Assembly (NCBI GenBank): GCA_044221315.1
Contig: JBGAPK010000001.1
Coordinates: 32,840-96,839, forward strand
Direction of reading: 5' to 3'
From: Phycisphaerales bacterium
GTDB lineage: Bacteria > Planctomycetota > Phycisphaerae > Phycisphaerales > UBA1924
DNA: 64,000 nt
Shown here: positions 9,671 to 20,717 of the stretch, piece by piece
Position numbering within the stretch: the stretch's first letter is position 1
How the letters are laid out: every line of letters begins with the position of its first letter
The notes under the pieces: model-generated
Database searches by the model: none
The model's input: only the letters and a program-made list of their open reading frames with translations
Told to the model about the DNA's origin: nothing
Program-made: the position numbers and the translations under genes

Positions 9671-10534
9671 TCACTTGATGAAGACTGTCTCCAGGTACTC
9701 GCCCTCGATCGCGACGGGCCCGGACGTTTCTCCTGACTTTCGGTTTCGATCAAACTTCAGCGCGAGCGCCGCCAGATCCTTCGCGAGCGATTCCTGCTGG
9801 CATGAGCTCAGCGATGCAAACGTCTTCAGCGTCGGCCCGTAGTACGTCCGGAAGAACTCGACGTTTTCCTCGGCACTGCGATAGCGGAAGACGCATGTCC
9901 GCTTCCGGCTCGTCATCGAACTCGCCCCCCACTCCTCGCCAACGCCCATCAGGCCACGCAGGTAATTCTCGTCGCCCCACATGACCGGGGGCGTCAGGCC
10001 GGGCGTCGGCGCGATGTACCCACCGACGAGCCGAAACATCTCCCCGATGTATCCCGTCGGCGTCCAGCTCGCCAAGGCGATCCGGCCCCCGGGCCGGCAG
10101 ACGCGCAGGAGTTCCCGAGCGGTCTTCTTGTGGTCGGGCGCGAACATCGACCCGTAGACCGAAAGCACGGCGTCGAACGAGCTGTCGGCGAAGGGCAGCC
10201 TTTCTGCATCGCCCTCGACAAATCGCACATCCAGGTGCTCGGCCTCCGCCCGGATCCGTCCTCTCTCCAGCAACGCCGGCACGTAGTCGGCCCCGATCAC
10301 CTTGCAATTCCGCCTCGCGGCCGCGATCGCGGCGTTTCCGCTCCCTGTCGCGACGTCCAGGACCCTCCAGCCCGCCTGCAGGTCCGCGGCCTCGCACAGC
10401 TGTTCGGCGACGAAAGCGATGCGTGACGCAACCACCGAGAAGTCCCCGCTCGCCCAGGTCGCCTGCTGGCGGGCCTTCACTGCCGCCAGATCGATTCCCG
10501 TCCCGTTCCGCGCCGTCAATGTTGCCGCCGTCAT
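9671..10534 (-). CDS. class I SAM-dependent methyltransferase
   Basis: Start at ATG 10534. VLDVATGSGNAA is SAM motif I, and the FDAVLS and RPGGRIAL motifs are present. Confidence 0.85.
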   Translation of the reverse strand: MTAATLTARNGTGIDLAAVKARQQATWASGDFSVVASRIAFVAEQLCEAADLQAGWRVLDVATGSGNAAIAAARRNCKVIGADYVPALLERGRIRAEAEHLDVRFVEGDAERLPFADSSFDAVLSVYGSMFAPDHKKTARELLRVCRPGGRIALASWTPTGYIGEMFRLVGGYIAPTPGLTPPVMWGDENYLRGLMGVGEEWGASSMTSRKRTCVFRYRSAEENVEFFRTYYGPTLKTFASLSSCQQESLAKDLAALALKFDRNRKSGETSGPVAIEGEYLETVFIK

Positions 10535-10590
10535 GTTGCTTCTCCAATGAGTGCCCTGATCACGGAGAAGGCCCATCGCCTTCCCTTAAA

Positions 10591-10610
10591 TAGAACGATC
10601 GTTCGTTCTA
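10591..10610. promoter_or_regulatory. candidate TetR operator palindrome
   Basis: TAGAACGATCGTTCGTTCTA contains the perfect 12-bp palindrome GAACGATCGTTC and an 8-bp inverted repeat TAGAACGA/TCGTTCTA. It lies in the divergent methyltransferase/TetR intergenic region. Confidence 0.5.
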
Positions 10611-10646
10611 TTTGAACAGTACGAACGGTCGTGCTATCATGTCAAG

Positions 10647-11324
10647 ATGCCGCGATCAAAAATTATCGTCTCGCCAGTTTCCGCCCAAACGCCAACCCAG
10701 AAAGGCCGTGCCGGGCATCGCACCCGCTCGGACGGCTTGCGATCCCGCCAGGCGATCTTGCTCGCTGCCGCCCGTTTGGCGACGCTCCGCGGCTTCGCCT
10801 CACTCTCCATCGGTGATCTCGCCTCCGAACTGGGCATGTCCAAGAGCGGGCTCTTTGCCCACTTTGGCTCCAAGGAGCAGCTCGAACTCGCCACAATCGA
10901 AGCAGCGGAGAAGATCTTCATCGAGGACGTCGTCGCGCCGACCCTCCGGGCCAAGCCCGGGCTGCCCCGCCTTCACGCGTTGGTCGAGGCGTATTGCGCC
11001 CACGTCGAGCGTCGCGTCTTTCCCGGAGGCTGCTTCTTCGCCGCAGTTTCGGCGGAAGTCGAGAAACGTCCCGGGCCGGGGCGAGACAGGCTTGTGAAGT
11101 TCATCACCGAGTGGTTTGGGCTGATCGAGCGTTGCCTGCGTGAAGCGCGCGAGCGGGGCGAGATCGCGCCGGACTCGGACCCGGCGCAATTGGCCTTCGA
11201 GGCCGACGCCATGATCGCCATGGCCAACGCCATGTTCGTGTTGGGTCAGGACGCGGCAGTCTTCGATCGGGCCAAGGCCGGGGTCGAGCACGTTCTCGAT
11301 CGCGTCCGCGTTCCTCACGCGTAA
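10647..11324 (+). CDS. TetR/AcrR family transcriptional regulator
   Basis: N-terminal HTH region ILLAAARLATLRGFASLSIGDLASELGMSKSGLFAHFGSKEQL is the typical TetR signature. Confidence 0.85.
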   Translation: MPRSKIIVSPVSAQTPTQKGRAGHRTRSDGLRSRQAILLAAARLATLRGFASLSIGDLASELGMSKSGLFAHFGSKEQLELATIEAAEKIFIEDVVAPTLRAKPGLPRLHALVEAYCAHVERRVFPGGCFFAAVSAEVEKRPGPGRDRLVKFITEWFGLIERCLREARERGEIAPDSDPAQLAFEADAMIAMANAMFVLGQDAAVFDRAKAGVEHVLDRVRVPHA

Positions 11325-11388
11325 TCACGCGACGGCGCGACGCACGATCGCTGCTCGAGTTGCGCGAAGAGCAGGCGCGCCCCACCGC

Positions 11389-11838
11389 TTACGCCGGGGC
11401 GGACTGCCAGATGACCTGGTAGATCTTCCACTTGCCGTCAACCTTCGCGAGTTGCAGGAAGTCGATCCCCCAGTGGGCCGTCAGCTTGGCACACGCCGTC
11501 TTGTCAAGAACGTCAAATACGACGATCTCCTTCGGAGCCTCCTTCGGCAGCTTCCCGGACTTGTTGAAGCGTTCCGCCAACGCTCGCAGTTGTGCAAACG
11601 TCATGGCCTCGCCCGGCTTGTATTCCTTGTCGTTCTTTGGCCTGTAGAAACCCAGCTTTGCGAGGCTCGGATCGACGCTCCGGTCAATTCGCTCCGGCTG
11701 TACGTTGTAAAAGGCCTCGACGTAATCGAGAATCGTCTCGCGAACCAGGGCCTCGTCGGGGTTTGGACTGTTCCGCGATGCGCCGGCAAGCGCAAGAATT
11801 CCCAAGCCCGTGAGCCCGATCAGGATGCGTGCTTTCAA
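11389..11838 (-). CDS. secreted NTF2-like protein (possibly lumazine-binding-type fold)
   Basis: TTG start at 11838 lies 5 nt after GGGAGG and gives (M)KARILIGLTGLGILALAGA, a signal peptide. The rest has protein-like composition. The family call is tentative. Confidence 0.6.
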   Translation of the reverse strand: MKARILIGLTGLGILALAGASRNSPNPDEALVRETILDYVEAFYNVQPERIDRSVDPSLAKLGFYRPKNDKEYKPGEAMTFAQLRALAERFNKSGKLPKEAPKEIVVFDVLDKTACAKLTAHWGIDFLQLAKVDGKWKIYQVIWQSAPA

Positions 11839-11939
11839 AGTGAACCTCCCGGCGGCTATCGGTGTTGCCCGCGCCACGAAGCTCGAGCGGCCCAATGCCG
11901 GATAGGCATAGTGGTTTGGCTCGTGCCGGGTTGCAACGG

Positions 11940-12821
11940 TCAATCGCACAAAAGAGCGTCGTACGCCGCCGCGAACATCACGAAGTCGCCGTCCTCCACG
12001 ATGCCGTCGTGGCTCAGGTCGGCCGGACAACTGGCCGGCATCGCCGGATCGGCACAGTCGAGCACGTCGTACGCCGAGGCGAAGAGCACGAAATCAAGAT
12101 CTTCCACCAGTTGATCCGCGTTGAGATCCGCAGGGCAGGTGGCGAGGTAGAGGAAGCTGACATCCACAGCCACCGTGGGCGAAACCCAGCCGGAGCCGCC
12201 AAGAGGGAGCGGGCCGCTGGTCCACCACAGCTCCGCCCCGATGCCATACACGCCCGGAGACGCCATCGAGAACAGTGCCTCGCCCCCGGCGACGGACAGG
12301 TCGAGCCATTTCGTGGCGAGCGGGTTGCCCGTCGAATCAAGCAGCGATACAACCGCGAAGGTGTTCGGATTGATCGAGTGTGCCACGAAACGCAACGTCG
12401 CACCGGCGTCCGAAAGGAACGGCTCTTTGTATGAGCAGCCGAGCCTTAGCTCATCGCCCGGCCAGGTGATGCCGCTCACGGTCGCAAATCCCCAGAACGA
12501 AATCGTACCCGCATCGACCGCGACTGCCGGCGTGATCGTTGCCTCGACGTTCGCGTCAATCATGCGCGGATCACCCGGGTTCGGCCCGACAACTAGTGGC
12601 CCGCCCGACACCCACGGCGCCAGCAGCCTCTGGGCCGGATCTCGTTTCTTGGTGTCGTCCTCAATGCACCGATTGGCTTCTTGCGGTGGCGCCGACACAG
12701 CGTTCGCCTTGGTGCACGATTCACGCGGCTCGGGCGGAACCTTGATCGCGCGGGCATGCGCCTCGTCTCGAACGCTCATCAGCATCAGCGCCGTACCCGC
12801 TATCAGAATGACGCGATTCAT
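11940..12821 (-). CDS. secreted protein with C-terminal four-Cys double dockerin-like module (copy A)
   Basis: ATG at 12821 gives MNRVILIAGTALMLMSV, a signal peptide. The last 65 aa (nt 11940-12137) are CPADLNADQLVEDLDFVLFASAYDVLDCADPAMPASCPADLSHDGIVEDGDFVMFAAAYDALLCD. Confidence 0.8.
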   Translation of the reverse strand: MNRVILIAGTALMLMSVRDEAHARAIKVPPEPRESCTKANAVSAPPQEANRCIEDDTKKRDPAQRLLAPWVSGGPLVVGPNPGDPRMIDANVEATITPAVAVDAGTISFWGFATVSGITWPGDELRLGCSYKEPFLSDAGATLRFVAHSINPNTFAVVSLLDSTGNPLATKWLDLSVAGGEALFSMASPGVYGIGAELWWTSGPLPLGGSGWVSPTVAVDVSFLYLATCPADLNADQLVEDLDFVLFASAYDVLDCADPAMPASCPADLSHDGIVEDGDFVMFAAAYDALLCD

Positions 12822-12959
12822 GGCCTGACTCCGTTGGGCGAGTGACGCGACCGGCCGTCCGCCCCCGAAGAGCTTGTCATGCCACGGCTCAACCTTGCAG
12901 CCGTGTACTGTCATTTCGAAAGTTCCACCCAATCCAGCCACCCTCACCAAACCCAAACT

Positions 12960-12992
12960 CGAAACAAAGACTCCCGGCACTTGCCGGGAGTC
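12960..12992 (-). terminator. intrinsic terminator downstream of atpD
   Basis: Perfect 10-bp stem GACTCCCGGC/GCCGGGAGTC (12969-12978 / 12983-12992) with a 4-nt loop. On the minus strand it is followed by TCTTTGTTTC. Confidence 0.7.
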
Positions 12993-13070
12993 GTAAGGGG
13001 CTTGTGATTCGGTTCCGTCCGCAGCCTTGGCAATCTGCTGCTCTGCAACTCTGCCAATCTGCAGTTCTTC

Positions 13071-14621
<1,551 letters not shown>

Positions 14622-14670
14622 TCAAAAAGCGCCGCAAGGGGCCCTCCGAAACAACCGCAATGCCAACCGG

Positions 14671-14858
14671 CCAGATTCTCAACCCCGCGAGAGCGATGGT
14701 GATTGCATGGGTTGCGAGCCCACCCTTCCCAAAGCCGTGCCCAGAATCTCAACTCTGAGGAATGAAGAAGAGAGTCTGGAAGAAGTCTCCTTTAATGGAC
14801 GCCCAAGACTTTCCTTCTCCCACACACTCATCACTCTCACACAGGGGTGAGAATCTGG
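14671..14858. promoter_or_regulatory. three copies of a 12-13-nt motif CCAGAWTCTCAMC (two direct, one inverted)
   Basis: CCAGATTCTCAAC at 14671-14683. CCAGAATCTCAAC at 14741-14753, exactly 70 bp later. GTGAGAATCTGG at 14847-14858 is the reverse complement of CCAGATTCTCAC. All lie between divergent atpD and the peroxiredoxin gene. Confidence 0.4.
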
Positions 14859-14962
14859 GCGGCTCGATGACGATCGAGGCGTTTGCCCGAATCCAGAGTG
14901 TCACCACTTCGACGCACGAGCATCTGAACGCGAGCCCCCCAGTCCCCGAACCGGAGCCTTCT

Positions 14963-15715
14963 GTGCCCAGACTGAAAAAAATCGCGATGGCATCCCTCCT
15001 GCTCTCGACCGTTGGGCTCGCCGCGCCCGAAGGACAAACCACCAGCCCGGGCACCCCGGCGCCGGCCACACCGGCGCCCGCCGGCTCGGCACCCGCGACA
15101 CCGACTCCCGGGCAATCCCCAGCTCCAAAGGGCGCCAAGCCCGCCGGCCCCGGCTCGGTCATCGCATCAACCGGTGTCACGGAGCGCGCCAAGAAGGTCG
15201 GCGACAACGCCCCCGACTTCTCGCTCCCCGACGCCCAGGGTGGCACGTTCAGCCTCAAGGAAGCTCTGGCCAAGGGCCCCGTCGTCCTCACCTGGTTCCG
15301 CGGCGAATGGTGCCCCTTCTGCAACAAGCAGTTGGTCGGCCTTCAGGAACGCCTGCCCGAGTTTGAGGCCGCGGGCGCGACCGTGGTCGCCATCAGCCCG
15401 CAGACGATGGACCACACGCAGGCGACGGTCACCAAGGACGGCGTGAAATTCCACATGGTGAGCGACGAGGGCTTCAAAGTGGGCGAGATGTACGGCGTGA
15501 AATACCAGATGCCCGAGGCAATGAAAGAACAGCTCAAGAAATACAAACTCGACCTCGCGAAGTACAACGGAGGCGAAGGTGATGCGCTGCCTCTCACCGC
15601 GACCTATGTGATCGATCAACGCGGCACGATCACCTACGCATTCGTCGATCCCGACTACACAAAGCGGGCTTCGCCCGACGACCTCCTCGCGGCCGTGAAA
15701 CAACTGAAGAAGTAG
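14963..15715 (+). CDS. secreted peroxiredoxin / AhpC-TSA family thiol peroxidase with Pro/Ala-rich linker
   Basis: The thioredoxin-fold core contains FRGEWCPFC. GTG at 14963 gives (M)PRLKKIAMASLLLSTVGLAAP, a signal peptide. The ORF is open from 14762, so the start is uncertain. Confidence 0.8.
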   Translation: MPRLKKIAMASLLLSTVGLAAPEGQTTSPGTPAPATPAPAGSAPATPTPGQSPAPKGAKPAGPGSVIASTGVTERAKKVGDNAPDFSLPDAQGGTFSLKEALAKGPVVLTWFRGEWCPFCNKQLVGLQERLPEFEAAGATVVAISPQTMDHTQATVTKDGVKFHMVSDEGFKVGEMYGVKYQMPEAMKEQLKKYKLDLAKYNGGEGDALPLTATYVIDQRGTITYAFVDPDYTKRASPDDLLAAVKQLKK

Positions 15716-15751
15716 GCGCCGCGACACGAATCGCGAATGCCGAGCCGAACA

Positions 15752-16306
15752 TCACGAACCCGCCAGACTGCCAAACATCCGTTCATCAACAAACCGGCCG
15801 TTCTTGAAGAACCGCTGCCGCAGCACACCCTCCTCGTGGAAGCCAGCCTTCCGCAGCACGTTCATCGAAGCCTCGTTGCCATCGAACACCCCCGCCTCGA
15901 TGCGGTTCGCTCCCAATTCATCGCGGGCAAACTTCACCACCGCCCGCGCCGCCTCCGTCATGTACCCCTTCCCCCAGTATTCGACCCCGAGCCAATAGCC
16001 CATCTCCGCCCGCTTGTGGATGGGCCGCCCGATCAGCCCGATCACCCCCACAAGGTCTTTCTCCGCACGGCGCCGAATCGCAAAGTGCATGGTCCAATCC
16101 TCCCGCCAGCGCTCCCAGAGCGCTCCGTGCGTGGCAATCCACTCTTCAGCGTGCCGCACTTCGTATGAGTGCGGGATAAGAAGCGTGACGTCGTAGATCC
16201 GCCTGTCGCCGGCGAGTGCCGCGACACGCGGGCAGTCGGTCATTTCAAGGGCGTTCAGAATGAGCCGGGGAGTCTCGATGACTGGTTTGGGCGTTGCGAT
16301 CGTCAC
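15752..16306 (-). CDS. GNAT N-acetyltransferase (RimJ/RimL-like)
   Basis: ETPRLILNAL start. The YWLGVEYWGKGYMTEAA acetyl-CoA motif region. 184 aa. Confidence 0.85.
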   Translation of the reverse strand: MTIATPKPVIETPRLILNALEMTDCPRVAALAGDRRIYDVTLLIPHSYEVRHAEEWIATHGALWERWREDWTMHFAIRRRAEKDLVGVIGLIGRPIHKRAEMGYWLGVEYWGKGYMTEAARAVVKFARDELGANRIEAGVFDGNEASMNVLRKAGFHEEGVLRQRFFKNGRFVDERMFGSLAGS

Positions 16307-16378
16307 GGCGACAGCGTACCGCAGACTGCACCCTCTTGGACACCGCCGGCTCGAACTGCCTTTCTACTCTTCGCCAGC

Positions 16379-17662
<1,284 letters not shown>

Positions 17663-17680
17663 TGGGGCCGTCGCCCTCGC

Positions 17681-18592
17681 TCACCTGGCCGCCGCCCGCT
17701 CCAACTTCTCCAACCTCGCCTCCAGCCCCGCAATCCTCGCATCCTTCTCGCACTCGACGCGATCCAATTCCGCCTTGTGCAGCGCCTTCAACTCTTCGAT
17801 CTGCCTGTCTTTCTCAGCGCGCAGGTCACGCAGCGCCTCGACCAGCAGGGCCGTCGTGCCACGCTCGGTGATGTAGCGCATCCCGTCCTTGTCGCACCCA
17901 ACCCATTCCGGAAAGACTTTTTCCACGTCCTGCGCCACAAACCCGACCATCAGCCCCGCCGCCGCATCGCGTTCCTTCACGGCCTGATCGGTGTACTCAA
18001 ACTCCACGCCGCGCAGCGAGAGCAGGCGGTCCAGCGTCCCCGGCTCGATCTCCCGGACATCCTTCTTCAATCTCGAATCCGACAGCACCGACCAGCTCCC
18101 CGAGCTGTTCGCCGCCGTGCCGTTGACGGCCAGCAGAAATGTCCCCGTATTTGTCGTGCCAATGCCGACGCCGCCGTACGGCCCAACATTGATACCCCGA
18201 ACGTTCGTCGCCACCGTCACCGTGAGCACCGGAAACCGCGGCTGCTGCACCTGTCCGTTCACCGAGACTTCGAGCCACTTCGACTGATTGATGACGGCCA
18301 CATTGACACCAAAGTCCAGAGTCACGCAGAAGATCGAGTTCACGATGTTCACCGGCTGCCCGTTGCCGCTAGAGCCGTCGAAGGTCAGTGTCGGCCCGAT
18401 CTGGTTGCCGTTCACGACCCCGTCCCAGAGCGTGAAGCTCATCGGATTCGGCCCGTCGCTGATGCCGTCGGTCTGCTCAAGCCGCCCCTGGTATGTGAAC
18501 GCGGTTCCGATCCCCGCGTGGGCGAGTGAGGCCGCAAGAAGAACGAGACTTCCCACACAAATGCGGGCTCCGATTCCAATGACTGATCGCAT
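17681..18592 (-). CDS. secreted tail-fibre-like protein with S74-type intramolecular chaperone domain
   Basis: ATG at 18592 gives MRSVIGIGARICVGSLVLLAASLAHA, a signal peptide. FTYQGRL...LWDGVVNGNQIG...VTLDFG...KWLEVSVNG is a fibre-like N-terminal region. SDSRLKKDVREI...LRGVEFEY...GFVAQDVEKVFPEWV is a Peptidase_S74-like chaperone region. The C-terminus is coiled-coil. Confidence 0.8.
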   Translation of the reverse strand: MRSVIGIGARICVGSLVLLAASLAHAGIGTAFTYQGRLEQTDGISDGPNPMSFTLWDGVVNGNQIGPTLTFDGSSGNGQPVNIVNSIFCVTLDFGVNVAVINQSKWLEVSVNGQVQQPRFPVLTVTVATNVRGINVGPYGGVGIGTTNTGTFLLAVNGTAANSSGSWSVLSDSRLKKDVREIEPGTLDRLLSLRGVEFEYTDQAVKERDAAAGLMVGFVAQDVEKVFPEWVGCDKDGMRYITERGTTALLVEALRDLRAEKDRQIEELKALHKAELDRVECEKDARIAGLEARLEKLERAAAR

Positions 18593-18842
18593 GGCGCGCT
18601 CCGGAATAAAGGTCCCAGTAGAGTTCTCGGCACGATCGGGCCGCGCCATGAGCGATCCCCCGCTTGCGGGCGACCATCCGTGATGCGGCCTTCGTTCACA
18701 CCTTCGCGGCGACCTTGCACAACGCGTTTCCCCGAAACACCTTACACCTCGCCGAACGCGATATTTGCGCGAGTGGAGTCGCACGGTCACCGACCACAAC
18801 GCCGCCGTTTCATGAACAGCAGCCAATCAGCACTAGCGCTAC

Positions 18843-18880
18843 TTTCAACTCCAACCCGCCGGATTTCACTCCAACTCGCC
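18843..18880 (+). repeat. imperfect tandem direct repeat upstream of the sulfatase gene
   Basis: TTTCAACTCCAACCCGCC (18843-18860) and TTTCACTCCAACTCGCC (18864-18880), about 80-120 nt upstream of ATG 18962. Confidence 0.3.
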
Positions 18881-18961
18881 CAATCCTCCGGTACGCTGCC
18901 CGCAGAGGGCATCTCGGGACGGTGTCCCACGATCTATGCAACAACCAACGAAAGGTGCTGA

Positions 18962-20605
18962 ATGAAACGGAAGGGAATCGCGACCGCGCTGTCTCTCTTG
19001 ACAGCCGCGGCAGGACTGTTCGGACTCGCAAAGCCGGCGGAGGCACAAGCCCCCGCCAAAAAGCCCAACATCCTCTTCATCATGGGCGACGATATCGGCA
19101 TGTGGAACATCGGCGCGTACCACCGCGGCATGATGGCGGGCAAGACGCCCGCCCTCGACAAGCTCGCCAAGGAAGGCATGCTCTTCACCGACTACTACGC
19201 CGAGGCAAGCTGTACCGCCGGTCGCGCCAACTTCATCATGGGCGAACTGCCCATTCGCACGGGCATGACCACGGTCGGCCAGGCGGGCGCCAAGATTGGT
19301 ATCCCCGCCGAGGCCTGCACGATCGCGACTGCCCTCAAGGCCCAGGGTTACGCGACCGGCCAGTTCGGCAAGAACCACCTCGGCGATCTCAATGAGTTCT
19401 TGCCGACGCTCCACGGCTTCGATGAATTCTTCGGGTATCTGTACCACCTCGACGCGATGGAAGACCCGGCGCATCCCAATTACCCGCAGAACCTCCTGAA
19501 CGTCGTCGGCCCGCGCAACATGGTGCATTCGTGGGCGACGGAAGTGGACGATCCGACCGTCATGCCGCGCTGGGGCAAGATCGGCAAGCAGAAGATCGAG
19601 GACGCGGGCACGCTCTATCCCAAGCGGATGGAGACCGTGGACGATGAGATCCGTGATCTGGCCCTCAAGTTCATCGACAAGGCCAAGGCCGACAAGAAGC
19701 CCTTCTTCGTCTGGCTCAACCCGACCCGCATGCACATCGTCACCCACCTCTCCGAGAAGTGGAACGGCACCCGCAACGCCGAGAACGGCTGGTCGATCCA
19801 GGAAGCCGGCATGGCCCAGCTCGATAACGACATCGACCTGGTCATGAAGCACCTCAAGGAGATGGGCGAGGACGAGAACACCATCGTCGTCTTCACCACC
19901 GACAACGGCACCGAACTCTTCACCTGGCCCGACGGCGGCACCACACCCTTCAATCAGTGCAAGGGCACGATCATGGAGGGCGGCTTCCGCGTCCCATGCA
20001 TCCTCCGCTGGCCCGGCCATGTGCCCGCCGACACGGTCTGCAACGGCATCATGTCCGGCCTCGACTGGTTCCCCACCTTCCTGACCGCAGCCGGAAACCC
20101 GGATATCACCAAGCAGTTGCTCGCCGGCGTCAAACTCGGCGACCGCACCTACAAAAACCACCTCGACGGCTACGACCAGACCGCGATGATCACCGGCAAG
20201 GGCCCCTCGACCCGCCACGAGATCTTCTACCTCGGCGAAAGCACCGTCGGCGCCGTCCGCATCGACGACTACAAGTTCCGCTTCATCGATCAGCCCGACG
20301 GCTGGCTCGGCCGAAAGGACCACGTCGACGTCCCCTACATCACCAACCTTCGCCTCGACCCCTTCGAACGCATGGGCTGGCCCAGCAACGGCACCAAGGA
20401 CGGCGCCCAGCAGTACTTCGACTGGTTCAAGTACGAATTCTGGCGCTTCGTCTTCGTGCAGGAAGTCATGGGCAAGGCGATCCAGACCTTCCTCGAGTTC
20501 CCGCCGATGCAGCGCGGCGCCAGCTTCAACCTCGATGCCGTCAAGGCCGAGATGGCCAAGCGCATGGCGCAGGCCGAGGCCGCGGCAACGGGCACGGGTA
20601 ACTGA
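18962..20605 (+). CDS. arylsulfatase (formylglycine-dependent sulfatase family)
   Basis: Signal peptide. NILFIMGDDIG metal-binding start. SCTAGRANF matches the C-x-A-x-R formylglycine motif. 547 aa. Confidence 0.9.
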   Translation: MKRKGIATALSLLTAAAGLFGLAKPAEAQAPAKKPNILFIMGDDIGMWNIGAYHRGMMAGKTPALDKLAKEGMLFTDYYAEASCTAGRANFIMGELPIRTGMTTVGQAGAKIGIPAEACTIATALKAQGYATGQFGKNHLGDLNEFLPTLHGFDEFFGYLYHLDAMEDPAHPNYPQNLLNVVGPRNMVHSWATEVDDPTVMPRWGKIGKQKIEDAGTLYPKRMETVDDEIRDLALKFIDKAKADKKPFFVWLNPTRMHIVTHLSEKWNGTRNAENGWSIQEAGMAQLDNDIDLVMKHLKEMGEDENTIVVFTTDNGTELFTWPDGGTTPFNQCKGTIMEGGFRVPCILRWPGHVPADTVCNGIMSGLDWFPTFLTAAGNPDITKQLLAGVKLGDRTYKNHLDGYDQTAMITGKGPSTRHEIFYLGESTVGAVRIDDYKFRFIDQPDGWLGRKDHVDVPYITNLRLDPFERMGWPSNGTKDGAQQYFDWFKYEFWRFVFVQEVMGKAIQTFLEFPPMQRGASFNLDAVKAEMAKRMAQAEAAATGTGN

Positions 20606-20626
20606 TCAGAATGAAAACTTCACGAC

Positions 20627-20659
20627 GGGCGGCTCGGAAGGGCCGCCCGCCGCTTTTTT
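20627..20659 (+). terminator. intrinsic terminator after the sulfatase gene
   Basis: GGGCGGC tcggaagg GCCGCCC stem-loop, followed by GCCGC and TTTTTT. Confidence 0.6.
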
Positions 20660-20717
20660 GCGGCGAACCATGTTCGATCGGTGAAACCCCCATGAATACG
20701 CCCCAAGAACACGCCGC

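Noticed and set aside
17681-18592. Prophage or tailocin around the S74 tail-fibre-like gene
   Set aside because: The flanking genes are sucC, a GNAT gene, a sulfatase and cardiolipin synthase. I saw no capsid, portal, terminase, sheath, baseplate or lysis genes anywhere in the window.
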